From: Clostridia bacterium | GTDB taxonomy: Bacteria; Bacillota; Clostridia; Oscillospirales; CAG-272 | Assembly (NCBI GenBank): GCA_900763885.1 | Contig: CAAFLY010000247.1 | Location: forward strand, 383-64,382 | DNA: 64,000 nucleotides | Direction: 5' to 3' | Shown here: in pieces, positions 1 through 10,973 of the stretch | Layout of the letters: every line of letters starts with the position of its first letter | Numbering within the stretch: the stretch's first letter is position 1 | Translations under genes and position numbers: made by a program | The notes under the pieces: generated by a model | What the model was told of the DNA's origin: nothing | Databases searched by the model: none | What the model saw: only the letters and a program-made list of their open reading frames with translations

Positions 1-1170
1 TGCGTCTGCGGCAACGAACAGAAGGAAGCCCACAAGTGGGATGAGGGTGTCATCACCGTCGTGCCCACCGTGTTCAAGGACGGCACGCGCACCTTCACCT
101 GCACGGTCTGCGGCGCAAAGAAGGATGTCGCGGAACCGTACCACGTACACGACTACGACAAGAATTTCAACAGCGTGAAGTGGTCCACCAACGCTTCCTA
201 TCACTGGAAGAGGTGCGCTTGCGGCGAGATCGCGTACAAGGGCGCGCATGTCTCCAGCGACTGGATCGTGGACGGCTATCCGAATCCTGTCAGCATCGGT
301 ATGATGCACAAGGAATGTGTGATCTGCGGCTACATCCTCGCGCGTGAGATCCTGCCCGCGACCGGCAGCATCATCCGTCCCACACAGACCCGTCAGTACA
401 CCGTTACCGCCACCGCCGGCAATCATGGCTCCATCTCCCACGCGGGAAAGACCGTGGTCAAGAGCGGCGACAACATCACCTATGTGATCACCCCGGACGA
501 GGGCTATGAGATCGCCTCCGTTCTCGTGAATGGCGCGGACATCGGCGCGGTACGGGAATACACGTTCTGGAACGTCAGATCCGACTGCACCATCTCCGTC
601 TCCTTCCGCGAAATCCCCGCCGCCCACTACAATCCCTTCATCGACGTGAGCCCCGCCGACGCGTACTACGACGCTGTGCTGTACGTCTATGAAAACGGAC
701 TGTTCAAGGGCGTATCCGAAATCCAATTCGCACCGAACACCACCATGACCCGCGCCATGTTCGTCACCGTTCTCGGACGGATGGCAGGCGTAAACCCGCT
801 TCTCTACCAGAAGTCGAGCTTCACCGATGTGGAAATGGGACAGTGGTACTCCCCGTATGTCGAATGGGCGGCAAAGAGCGGTATCGTCCTCGGCTATGGC
901 GACGGCACGTTCGGTCTGAACGATGACATCACCGTGGAACAGGCGGCCGTCATTCTGACGAGATACGCCGCGTTCACCGGCAGAAACACCTACACCCTCC
1001 GCACTCTCCACGATTTCGCCGACGCCGCCGACGTATCCGACTGGGCTGTATACAGCATGAAGTGGATCGTGAGCTCCGGCATTTACACCGGCGAAAACGG
1101 GATGCTCTCCCCGAAATCTCTTGCCAAGCGTTCCCTGGTCGCTGCGATGCTCTACAACTACGCAGACTAA
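1..1170 (+). CDS. Cell-surface protein with C-terminal SLH domains (5' end outside window)
   Basis: Frame 1 is open from nt 1; the track ORF 61..1170 is its internal part. Cys-rich HxxxW/CxxC modules, an InlB-B-repeat-like segment (GNHGSISHAGKTVVKSGDNITYVITPDEGYE), then SLH-like repeats (FIDVSPADAYYDAV.., FTDVEMGQWYSPYVEWA.., FADAADVSDWAV..). Confidence 0.7.
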   Translation, partial: CVCGNEQKEAHKWDEGVITVVPTVFKDGTRTFTCTVCGAKKDVAEPYHVHDYDKNFNSVKWSTNASYHWKRCACGEIAYKGAHVSSDWIVDGYPNPVSIGMMHKECVICGYILAREILPATGSIIRPTQTRQYTVTATAGNHGSISHAGKTVVKSGDNITYVITPDEGYEIASVLVNGADIGAVREYTFWNVRSDCTISVSFREIPAAHYNPFIDVSPADAYYDAVLYVYENGLFKGVSEIQFAPNTTMTRAMFVTVLGRMAGVNPLLYQKSSFTDVEMGQWYSPYVEWAAKSGIVLGYGDGTFGLNDDITVEQAAVILTRYAAFTGRNTYTLRTLHDFADAADVSDWAVYSMKWIVSSGIYTGENGMLSPKSLAKRSLVAAMLYNYAD

Positions 1171-1205
1171 GCAGCAGAACCGAATAGCGGCATAGATTCC
1201 TTAAG

Positions 1206-1769
1206 GTGCAGATTTCCTCGCGCACCGGGGATCCTGTGGCAGATCTGCGCACGGATTACGCCGCTGTGACCGTTGCCAAACCGCTCCCCAGCGCGCATAC
1301 CCTCTCCTTTACCGCCGCCCGTGAAGCCACCTGCACCACGGAAGGCAATCCCGCCTATTGGTACTGCGCGGTGTGCCGGAAATATTTCGCCGACGCGGAT
1401 GAGAAGACAGAACTGAAATCCATCACCATCCCGATCGACCCGAACCACCACGGCAAGACGGAAATCCGCAACGCCGCGCGTGCCACCGCGGACAAGGACG
1501 GCTATACCGGGGACAGCTACTGTGTGGATTGCGGCAGGCTTGTCACCAAGGGCAGGACGATCCCGAAAACCGCCTCGGACACCTACGATCCCGCGTACGA
1601 TCCGGCGGCGGAGGACGATCGCAGCAGCACCGGCAGTCGGGACAATAGCCGCAGATACGACCGCACGGACGACACCGGAGAAGGCGGCGCGCTCCACCCG
1701 CAGGACAAGGCCTCCCGCGCGCTTGTAGCACAGATGCTGTATGGATTTGCGGAGGTGCTCCGGGGGTAA
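1206..1769 (+). CDS. Hypothetical Cys-motif protein, possibly a decayed paralog of the upstream SLH protein
   Basis: Same CxxxxGNxxYWxCxxC-type modules as the upstream gene. No signal peptide, a low-complexity D/R/S stretch, and only the last helix of an SLH domain (KASRALVAQMLYGFAE). Start codon uncertain. Confidence 0.35.
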   Translation: MQISSRTGDPVADLRTDYAAVTVAKPLPSAHTLSFTAAREATCTTEGNPAYWYCAVCRKYFADADEKTELKSITIPIDPNHHGKTEIRNAARATADKDGYTGDSYCVDCGRLVTKGRTIPKTASDTYDPAYDPAAEDDRSSTGSRDNSRRYDRTDDTGEGGALHPQDKASRALVAQMLYGFAEVLRG

Positions 1770-1960
1770 AAAGAGGATATGGCGCAAAAGCACCCACAAG
1801 GACAATCTCTGAGGATGCGCTGAACCAATCAGCCCTAAGGAACCTCTGAATGCATCAACGTTTTCCAATCCTTTCTATGGGCCATTGGCGTATACAAAAG
1901 GGATCTACCCTGCCGGAAGGTCCCTTTTTCCCATTTCATAAAACTTTTCCGAAATAGCGG

Positions 1961-4142
<2,182 letters not shown>

Positions 4143-4193
4143 CTCTCCTCCCCATCCATCCGACACGCATATCCACATCTGCGGAGGTACACT

Positions 4194-5162
4194 ATGGTAT
4201 ACGGGATCATCGCTGCGGTATTTCTCCTGTTTCTCGCCGTCTCTGCGGCAGGCGGGTATTATATGTACCGCTATGCCGTCGTGCGCCGGAAAAACGCGGC
4301 GGATTGCTGGGCACATCCGGAACAGCTCGAGCCGCCGCAGCATCTGTCGCCGGAGAAGGCAGCCCTCGTCCAGCGCGATCGGGAATACGTCCTCACCCAC
4401 GCGGGAAAGCCGTATTACAGAGTCAGCCGCGACGGCGTAACGCTGGCCTGCCGCATGCTCCATCCGACCGACGCACACACATCGCGCGGGATCTTTCTCT
4501 GCTGCCACGGCTACCGCTCCCACGCCGTTTACGATTTTGCGGGCGCGGCGCGGTATCTCCTCGCCATGGGCTTCTCGCTCTGTCTCATCGATGAGAGAGC
4601 GTGCGGCTCGTCCGGCGGCCGATATATCACATTCGGTCTGCGCGAAAAGGACGACGTCGTGGACTGGGCATGCTGGCTGCAGGAACGTTTTCCCGATCTG
4701 CCCGTGCTCCTCTACGGCGTATCGATGGGCGCGTCCTCGGTGCTTGCCGCGTCCGGTGAGCCTCTGCCGCCGTCTGTGCGCGGTATCATTGCGGACTGCG
4801 GATACACAAGTGCCTGCGCAATCTGCAAACGGGTACTGCGGCAGACGTTTCATCTCCCGCCCTTCCCCGTCTATTACGCCGCGCTGGTCCTGATCTGGCT
4901 GCGCACCGGGGTCTGGTTTCCGGATCTGGACTGCACACGCGCGGTCACGGAAAACCGGCTGCCGCTGCTGATCGTACACGGGAGTGCGGATGATTTTGTG
5001 CCGTTTTCCATGGGTGAGGCGATCTATGACGCGGCAAGGACACACTGCGACGCGGAATTTTTCGTCGCCGCCGACGCATCGCACGCCCGCTCGTGGCTCT
5101 GTGACGAGGACGGCTACAGGGCGGCGATCAAGCGGCTCCTCCATAAGGCGGGCATCGATTGA
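4194..5162 (+). CDS. Membrane-anchored alpha/beta hydrolase
   Basis: N-terminal TM helix, nucleophile elbow GVSMG, downstream HGSADDFVP and ASHARSW (Asp/His); RBS GGAGGT. Confidence 0.7.
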   Translation: MVYGIIAAVFLLFLAVSAAGGYYMYRYAVVRRKNAADCWAHPEQLEPPQHLSPEKAALVQRDREYVLTHAGKPYYRVSRDGVTLACRMLHPTDAHTSRGIFLCCHGYRSHAVYDFAGAARYLLAMGFSLCLIDERACGSSGGRYITFGLREKDDVVDWACWLQERFPDLPVLLYGVSMGASSVLAASGEPLPPSVRGIIADCGYTSACAICKRVLRQTFHLPPFPVYYAALVLIWLRTGVWFPDLDCTRAVTENRLPLLIVHGSADDFVPFSMGEAIYDAARTHCDAEFFVAADASHARSWLCDEDGYRAAIKRLLHKAGID

Positions 5163-5238
5163 GCCTGCGCGGCGCCGCGGACATATCATCCAACAATCCA
5201 TATATATCTATTTTCATCCACATCATTCGGAGGTAACC

Positions 5239-7425
5239 ATGTCTATTCAGTTCATCGAATCCGAACGCATCTTTCAGCTCAACGCCGGGACCGCTTCGCT
5301 TGTCCTGCAGGTCGCGGACGAAAATTACCTGCTCACCCTCTATTACGGCAAGGCTCTCCCGTTTGGCTCCCCCTTCCGTGGCGCCTTTGACGGGTACGAT
5401 TTCCGCGATTATTCCGCATCGTTCTCCCCGCGCAATGCCCATGTGAAGGACGGCTCGTTCTCCCCGGACGTAGCGCCGCTCGCGTATTCCGGCTTCGGTA
5501 CGGGCGATTTCCGCAAGTCCGCCGTCGCGATCCGGAATCACTGGGGCAACGACGCGACCGATTTCCGCTATGTTTCCCACAAAATCTATGCAGGCAAACC
5601 GCGGCTCACGGGCCTTCCGGCGACCTATGCGGACGAAAACGAAGCGGACACGCTTGAGATTCTCCTGCGTGACAGCACCACGGCGGCAGAGCTGACCCTT
5701 GTCTGCACGGCGTTCCGGGATGTGCCAGTGCTTACACAGTCTGTGCGCCTGTGCAATGCGTCCGATGTGCCGATGGATATAGAAAAGCTCTATTCCGCGT
5801 CCGTTTCCCTGAACGATATGGACTACGACCTCTGCCACCTCTACGGCAGATGGGGCGCGGAACGGAATCTGGAACGCACGACGCTGCGCCACGGTCAGCA
5901 GAGCATCTCCTCGAGCCGCGGCTCCTCAAGTCATTACCACAACCCGTTCGTTTCCCTCGTGCGTCACGGCGCGACGGAGGATTACGGCGAGGTATACGGC
6001 TTCAATCTCGTGTACAGCGGCAGCTTTGACATGACCGTGGACTGCGATTACTACGAAACGACACGTCTTTTGGCCGGAATCAATCCGGACGGCTTTACGT
6101 GGCGTCTTGAGGCGGGCGAAACGTTCCAGACGCCGGAGCTTGTGATGGTATATACGGACGCGGGCGTGGGCGAGATGTCGCGCATCTTCCATAGGCTGTA
6201 CCGGGAGCACCTGATCCGCGGCAGATGGAAGACGGAAAAGCGGCCTCTGCTCATCAACAGCTGGGAAGCGGCGTTCTTCCATTTCGACACGGACAAGCTG
6301 GTGAATTTCGCGGAGCACGCGCGGGATATTGGCATCGAAATGCTCGTCATGGACGACGGCTGGTTCGGCGTGCGCAACGATGACACGAATTCCCTCGGCG
6401 ACTGGTACGTGAACGAGGAAAAGCTGCCCGGCGGTCTGGGCGTCCTCATCGACAAAGTGAAGGCGCTCGGGCTGAAATTCGGGATCTGGTACGAGCCGGA
6501 GATGATCTCTCCGGATTCCGAGCTGTACCGCGCCCATCCGGACTGGTGCCTCCATGTGCCGAACCGCGAAAACTCCATCGCACGCAGCCAATATGTGATC
6601 GATATGTCGCGCAAAGACGTGCAGGACAACATCTACGGCCAGATGGCGGCGGTGCTCGGCAAATACGATATCGACTATGTGAAGTGGGACTTCAACCGGA
6701 ACCTCACCGAGGCCGGAAGCGCGCTGCTGTCCGTCGAACGCGGCGAGGAGATCTACCATCGGTTTGTGCTCGGCACGTACGCCGTCATGGATCGGCTGAC
6801 ACGCGAATTCCCCGATCTGCTCATCGAAAACTGCTCCGGCGGCGGCGGACGCTTTGACGCAGGGATGCTCTATTATTCCCCGCAGATCTGGGCGTCGGAC
6901 AACACGGACCCCATCGAACGGCTGGCGATCCAGTTCGGCACGTCGATGTGCTATCCGGCGGCGACAATGGGTGCGCACGTCTCGATGAGCCACCGCGCCG
7001 GCTTTGAAACCAAGGGCAATGTGGCGATGTGGGGTACGTTCGGCTACGAGCTGGACCCGAACCGTCTCTCCGAGGAGGACCGTGCGCTGTTCCGTCGGCA
7101 GGTCGCCGAATATCACTTCACCTATGACCTCATCCACGAGGGCGATCTGTACCGCCTGATCTCTCCGTTCGACAACGCGTACCACTGCGCGTGGTCCTTC
7201 GTCTCGCCGGACAAGAGCAAGGTGCTCATTACCCACGTCACCATGCGCTATTACCACAACATGAAGGCCTATATCCGGCTCAAGGGGCTCGATCCCACAA
7301 AAACCTACCGCTGCCGCGAGAACGGACTGTCCTATTCCGGCGCCTTCCTCATGAATGCCGGCATCAATATCTCCAAGCTCCCCCACGGCGACGGCAGCAG
7401 CTTCACCCTCTACTTCGAAGCCTGA
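5239..7425 (+). CDS. Alpha-galactosidase, GH36
   Basis: Track ORF 4984..7425 trimmed to the ATG at 5239 behind RBS GGAGGT (MSIQFIESERIFQLNAG). GH36 signatures KWDFNRN, ENCSGGGGRFD, WASDNTD. Confidence 0.9.
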   Translation: MSIQFIESERIFQLNAGTASLVLQVADENYLLTLYYGKALPFGSPFRGAFDGYDFRDYSASFSPRNAHVKDGSFSPDVAPLAYSGFGTGDFRKSAVAIRNHWGNDATDFRYVSHKIYAGKPRLTGLPATYADENEADTLEILLRDSTTAAELTLVCTAFRDVPVLTQSVRLCNASDVPMDIEKLYSASVSLNDMDYDLCHLYGRWGAERNLERTTLRHGQQSISSSRGSSSHYHNPFVSLVRHGATEDYGEVYGFNLVYSGSFDMTVDCDYYETTRLLAGINPDGFTWRLEAGETFQTPELVMVYTDAGVGEMSRIFHRLYREHLIRGRWKTEKRPLLINSWEAAFFHFDTDKLVNFAEHARDIGIEMLVMDDGWFGVRNDDTNSLGDWYVNEEKLPGGLGVLIDKVKALGLKFGIWYEPEMISPDSELYRAHPDWCLHVPNRENSIARSQYVIDMSRKDVQDNIYGQMAAVLGKYDIDYVKWDFNRNLTEAGSALLSVERGEEIYHRFVLGTYAVMDRLTREFPDLLIENCSGGGGRFDAGMLYYSPQIWASDNTDPIERLAIQFGTSMCYPAATMGAHVSMSHRAGFETKGNVAMWGTFGYELDPNRLSEEDRALFRRQVAEYHFTYDLIHEGDLYRLISPFDNAYHCAWSFVSPDKSKVLITHVTMRYYHNMKAYIRLKGLDPTKTYRCRENGLSYSGAFLMNAGINISKLPHGDGSSFTLYFEA

Positions 7426-7555
7426 GGGAACGGAGAGACGGGGAGAAAACGGGCTTGAACGGGTCTGTCCCTGCACAATCGCACCCGGATCCCTTTTCCT
7501 ATAGCTCTTGCCAAGCGGGCAGAAGCATCCCGTTCCCCCGTCTCCCCCGAGCCCC
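7426..7555. repeat. Miniature (130 bp) copy of the G-tract-capped intergenic element
   Basis: Begins on the nt after the aga stop (TGA 7423-7425) with GGGAACGGAGAGACGGGGAG; ends with CCCGTTCCCCCGTCTCCCCCGAGCCCC (7529-7555). Interior has CTGCACAA like the GTGCAAGTC box of larger copies. Confidence 0.55.
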
Positions 7556-7578
7556 TGTGGCAATCCATATAAAAAATC

Positions 7579-9114
7579 ATGCAGAATAAAAAAAATCTCA
7601 CCGGGACTGCGGTGATGATGGGTGTGATGATCCTTGCGGCGAAGGTCTGCGGACTGCTGCGGGACGCGCTCATCACAGCGTCCTACGGCACCGGGACATC
7701 GGCGGCAATCGCGTACGAAACGGCGTCGAAGCTGCCGGTAACGCTGTTCGACCTTGTCATAGGCGGGGTGGTGACGGCGGCGTTTGTGCCGGTATACAAC
7801 GAGCTATTGGTCCGTGACGGCAAAGAAAAAGCGCTGTCCTTCGCGCAGTCCTACACACGCTTCATCCTGATCGTGACCTCGGTGCTTGCCGGGATCGGGA
7901 TCGCGTTCGCCTCGCCGCTTGTCCGACTGATGGCGCCGGGTCTGGACGCGTCCACGCACGCGCTTGCCACCGGTCTCACGCGCATCCTGTTTCCCATGAT
8001 CGTCTTCACGGGACTGGCGTTCACCTTCGTCGGCTATCTCCAGTCGATGGGGGAATTCCGCGTCCCGGCGGTCATATCGCTGGTGGCGAACGGGATCATG
8101 GTCGCGTACCTACTCACGCTGAACCGCTTTTTCGGCATTGTCGGACTGGCGATCGCCATGCTGCTCGGATGGACGGCGCAGGCACTTGTGCAGCTCCCAT
8201 CGCTGTGCCGTCTCGGATACCGATACCGGCCGTTCGCGCCGCTTCGTACTCCGGAACTGAAAAAGGCGATCGTCACCACGGTCCCGATCCTCATCGGCAC
8301 ATGGGTCTCGCCGGTGTGCAATCTCATCAACACGCGCCTTGCGTCCTCCATCGACGGCGGCAGAGGGCTGACCGTGCTGGGATACGCGAACCGCCTGTAC
8401 GTGATCCTCGTCGGGCTGTTCTCCTTTGTCGCGACGAATCTGCTCTTTCCGATTCTGTCCCGTGCGGCGGCAAGCGGCGATCGTGCGGAATCCGCCAGAC
8501 TCACAAGGCAGTCCGCAAAGATTCTATGCTTCCTCATCGTGCCGCTCACCGCAGGCGTCTTTCTCCTCGCCGAACCGTTTGTCGCCCTGCTGTACGAGCG
8601 CGGCGCGTTCACCCACGAGGATACGCTCCTGACCGCGGAGGCACTGCGCTTCTACACGCTTGCCATGACGGCGTCGGCGATCAATGAGGTGCTCACGAAG
8701 TCCTTTTTCGCCGCGCAGAAGCCGAAGCTGCCGATGCTCTCCGCGTTGTGTGCCATGCTGGTCAACGGCGGCGCGATCCTCTTCTGCGGCAGCGCGATTC
8801 TCGCAAGTGCGCATCCCGTCGCGTGGATCGCGTCGATCTCCGGCATTGCCGTGGTCGTGAATATGGCGATCAACCTCGCGTTCACGAAAAAAATCGGGGG
8901 ACTTTCCGTCACGCGCGCGGATCTACTGGATCTTGCCAAGACCGCAGTGTCCGCGGCGGTGATGTCCGTGGCCGTATATTTTGTATCCGGACGCTTCTCC
9001 GGCAATCTTGCGCGGTTTGCGGCCGGTGGGCTTTCCGGGATCGTCGTATACGCGCTCTGTGCGGTGCTGCTCCGTTCGGAAACGGTCGGCGCGGTGCTGC
9101 ACAAGCGGAAATGA
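7579..9114 (+). CDS. murJ: Lipid II flippase MurJ (MviN family)
   Basis: 511 aa, about 14 TM segments, MOP-superfamily N-terminus (GTAVMMGVMILAAKVCGLLRDALITASYGTG). Confidence 0.85.
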   Translation: MQNKKNLTGTAVMMGVMILAAKVCGLLRDALITASYGTGTSAAIAYETASKLPVTLFDLVIGGVVTAAFVPVYNELLVRDGKEKALSFAQSYTRFILIVTSVLAGIGIAFASPLVRLMAPGLDASTHALATGLTRILFPMIVFTGLAFTFVGYLQSMGEFRVPAVISLVANGIMVAYLLTLNRFFGIVGLAIAMLLGWTAQALVQLPSLCRLGYRYRPFAPLRTPELKKAIVTTVPILIGTWVSPVCNLINTRLASSIDGGRGLTVLGYANRLYVILVGLFSFVATNLLFPILSRAAASGDRAESARLTRQSAKILCFLIVPLTAGVFLLAEPFVALLYERGAFTHEDTLLTAEALRFYTLAMTASAINEVLTKSFFAAQKPKLPMLSALCAMLVNGGAILFCGSAILASAHPVAWIASISGIAVVVNMAINLAFTKKIGGLSVTRADLLDLAKTAVSAAVMSVAVYFVSGRFSGNLARFAAGGLSGIVVYALCAVLLRSETVGAVLHKRK

Positions 9115-9147
9115 GCGTCCCCAAATGTTCCGAAAGGAGAGACAACC

Positions 9148-10263
9148 ATGCAAAAAGTCATGCACATACTGACCGACTCCAACATCGGCGGCGCGGGCAG
9201 GCTGCTCATCAACTATCTCCACAACTTCGACCGCACGAAATTCGATATCGTGGTCGTGCTGCCGGAGAATGCCGCGCTGAAGCCGCTCGTCGAGGCGGAG
9301 GGATACCCGGTCTGGGAAATGAAAAACGGACGCGACCGCAGCTTTGACCGCAAGGCTGTGGCGGAGCTCCGCGCGATGATCCGCAAATTTCAGCCGGACA
9401 TCGTCCACACGCATTCGTCCTTCTCCGGCAGGCTGGCGGCGTACCAGTGCCATGTCAAAAAGCGGTTCTACACGCGTCACTGTGCCTTCGATCCGCCACG
9501 CTGGCTGACAACGTTCCCCGGCCGACAGATCAACGGCTGGATCAACAACAAGCTCTCGACGGATATTGTGGCGGTCGCTGAGGCGGCGAAGAAAAATCTG
9601 ACGGACACCGGTGTGGACGCGAAAAAGATCAGCGTGATCATCAACGGCGTCGAACCGATGCGCGTCGCTTCCGCCGAGGAGGTCAAAGCGCTTCGCGGTC
9701 GGCTCGGGATCGCGCCAGATGACTTTGTGTGCGGGCTCTCCGCGCGGCTTGAGCCGTACAAGGGCCATCGCTATCTCCTCGAAACGGCGGCGATCGTGCT
9801 GCGGGACCATCCGAACGTGCGCTTCCTACTCGTCGGGGACGGATCGTGCCGGGCGGATCTGGAAGCGCAGGCGGTCTCCCTCGGCGTGGCGGATCACGTG
9901 ATCTTTACCGGGTTCGTGGACGATGTGGCGCCCTATTACGCGCTTATGGACGTGAACCTCAACTGCTCCATCGGTACGGAGACCTCCTCACTCGCGCTCT
10001 CTGAGGGCATGAGCCTCGGTATCCCCTGCATCGCGACCACCTTCGGCGGCAATCCCTACATGGTCACCGACGGCAAAAACGGGTTCCTCGTCCCCGAACG
10101 AGATCCCGCCGCTATGGCAGAAAAAATCATCGAGCTCATCGAGGACCCCGCACTCCGCAAAAAACTCTCCGCCGGCGCCCTCGAAGCCTACAAAACCAAA
10201 TTCACCGCCTCGACTATGACACGCCAATTGGAATCCATGTACGAGGGGGATTTGAAAACTTAA
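9148..10263 (+). CDS. Glycosyltransferase family 4 (GT-B)
   Basis: 371 aa; N-terminal IGGAG loop and C-terminal E-x7-E region (SEGMSLGIPCIATTFGGNPYMVTDGKNGFLV); RBS AAAGGAGAG. Confidence 0.85.
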   Translation: MQKVMHILTDSNIGGAGRLLINYLHNFDRTKFDIVVVLPENAALKPLVEAEGYPVWEMKNGRDRSFDRKAVAELRAMIRKFQPDIVHTHSSFSGRLAAYQCHVKKRFYTRHCAFDPPRWLTTFPGRQINGWINNKLSTDIVAVAEAAKKNLTDTGVDAKKISVIINGVEPMRVASAEEVKALRGRLGIAPDDFVCGLSARLEPYKGHRYLLETAAIVLRDHPNVRFLLVGDGSCRADLEAQAVSLGVADHVIFTGFVDDVAPYYALMDVNLNCSIGTETSSLALSEGMSLGIPCIATTFGGNPYMVTDGKNGFLVPERDPAAMAEKIIELIEDPALRKKLSAGALEAYKTKFTASTMTRQLESMYEGDLKT

Positions 10264-10966
10264 CGGGGGGAGACGGGGAACGGGGAACGGGGGAACGGTC
10301 GCTTTTGAAAAAGCTCCGCAAAACTTTTATGAGGGGGATGGAGTTGGATATAGTTTGTGCAAGTCCGATTGCTCACCAATTTGGTGCTGTCCAATACATG
10401 AGAAGATCGTTCGCGAGCGGCTGACGCAGTCATCCGCCTTCTACGGGGAGAGATTGCGGGATTTCGTGTATTGGGTAGTGGTAGGATACCGGTTTTCTGC
10501 TGCTATACTGGTTCGGATGGTTGGAGGATTGCGGATGCGCGTTGTCTGTTCCCCATACCCGCGTCTTTCAAATTGAATAACAAAAGCCGTCGGAAGTGCT
10601 TCAAAACACAACCGACGGCTTTTTGTCACGGTTAGATAAAGCAATGCGCGGAGTGAATCGGGATACAGGCAAAAATCAACGTTTTCCCCAACACACCGAA
10701 CCAGTGTATCAACAGAAACCCGGTAACCTGCCACTACCAATACACTATATCCCGCACTCTCTTCCCGTAGAAGGCGGATCCCATCGGGAGCCGCTCGCGA
10801 ACGATCTTCTCATGTATTGGACAGCACCAAATTGGTGAGCAATCGGACTTGCACAAACTAAATCCATCACCAATCCCATGTATAAAAGTTTTGCGGAGCT
10901 TTTTCAAAAGCGACCGTCTCCCCTCGTCTCCCCTCGTCTCCCCTCGTTCCCCCGTCTCCCCGTCCC
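10264..10966. repeat. Full-length palindromic G-tract-capped intergenic element (archetype, about 700 bp)
   Basis: Imperfect inverted arms of about 240 nt (10264-~10505 and ~10725-10966). G-tract cap 10265-10293 and C-tract cap 10917-10966; palindromes 10301-10314 and 10898-10911; boxes GCAAAACTTTTAT 10318-10330 and ATAAAAGTTTTGC 10882-10894. Confidence 0.85.
10582..10624. terminator. Bidirectional intrinsic-terminator-like hairpin at the centre of the element
   Basis: AAAA-GCCGTCGG-18 nt loop-CCGACGGC-TTTTT, lying between the convergent GT4 (+) and acyltransferase (-) genes. Confidence 0.6.
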
Positions 10967-10973
10967 AAGTATG

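Noticed and set aside
4984-5238. 85-codon N-terminal extension of the alpha-galactosidase ORF
   Set aside because: It overlaps the upstream hydrolase gene and is Arg/Ser/Thr-rich. A strong RBS plus ATG at 5239 gives the canonical GH36 N-terminus.
10264-10296. G-tract heptads as a CRISPR array or telomere-like repeat
   Set aside because: The units are 7-8 nt with no unique spacers, and at most six units occur. They are always part of the larger element, and no cas genes are present.
10301-10314. The short palindromes as rho-independent terminators
   Set aside because: The stems are A/T-rich with 1-2 nt centres and are not followed by a T-tract. Genuine terminators in the window (for example 13803-13832 and 29135-29172) look quite different.
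10355-10838. ORFs inside the palindromic elements (10355-10576, 10441-10740, 10596-10838; also 50793-51041, 25902-26210 and 10878-12485, the start of which lies in the cap)
   Set aside because: They are not conserved between copies. They arise on both strands because the element is an inverted repeat. There is no RBS. Recurrent peptide strings such as FFKSDRSP or PGFxKSRVPPSP are just translations of the repeat core.
10856-10895. Outward-facing promoter formed by TTGCAC and (T/C)ATAAAAG in each arm
   Set aside because: The spacing between the two hexamers is 23-26 nt in the copies I counted, and the 17-nt-upstream hexamer (ACTATA) is not -35-like. A promoter role cannot be supported from sequence alone.
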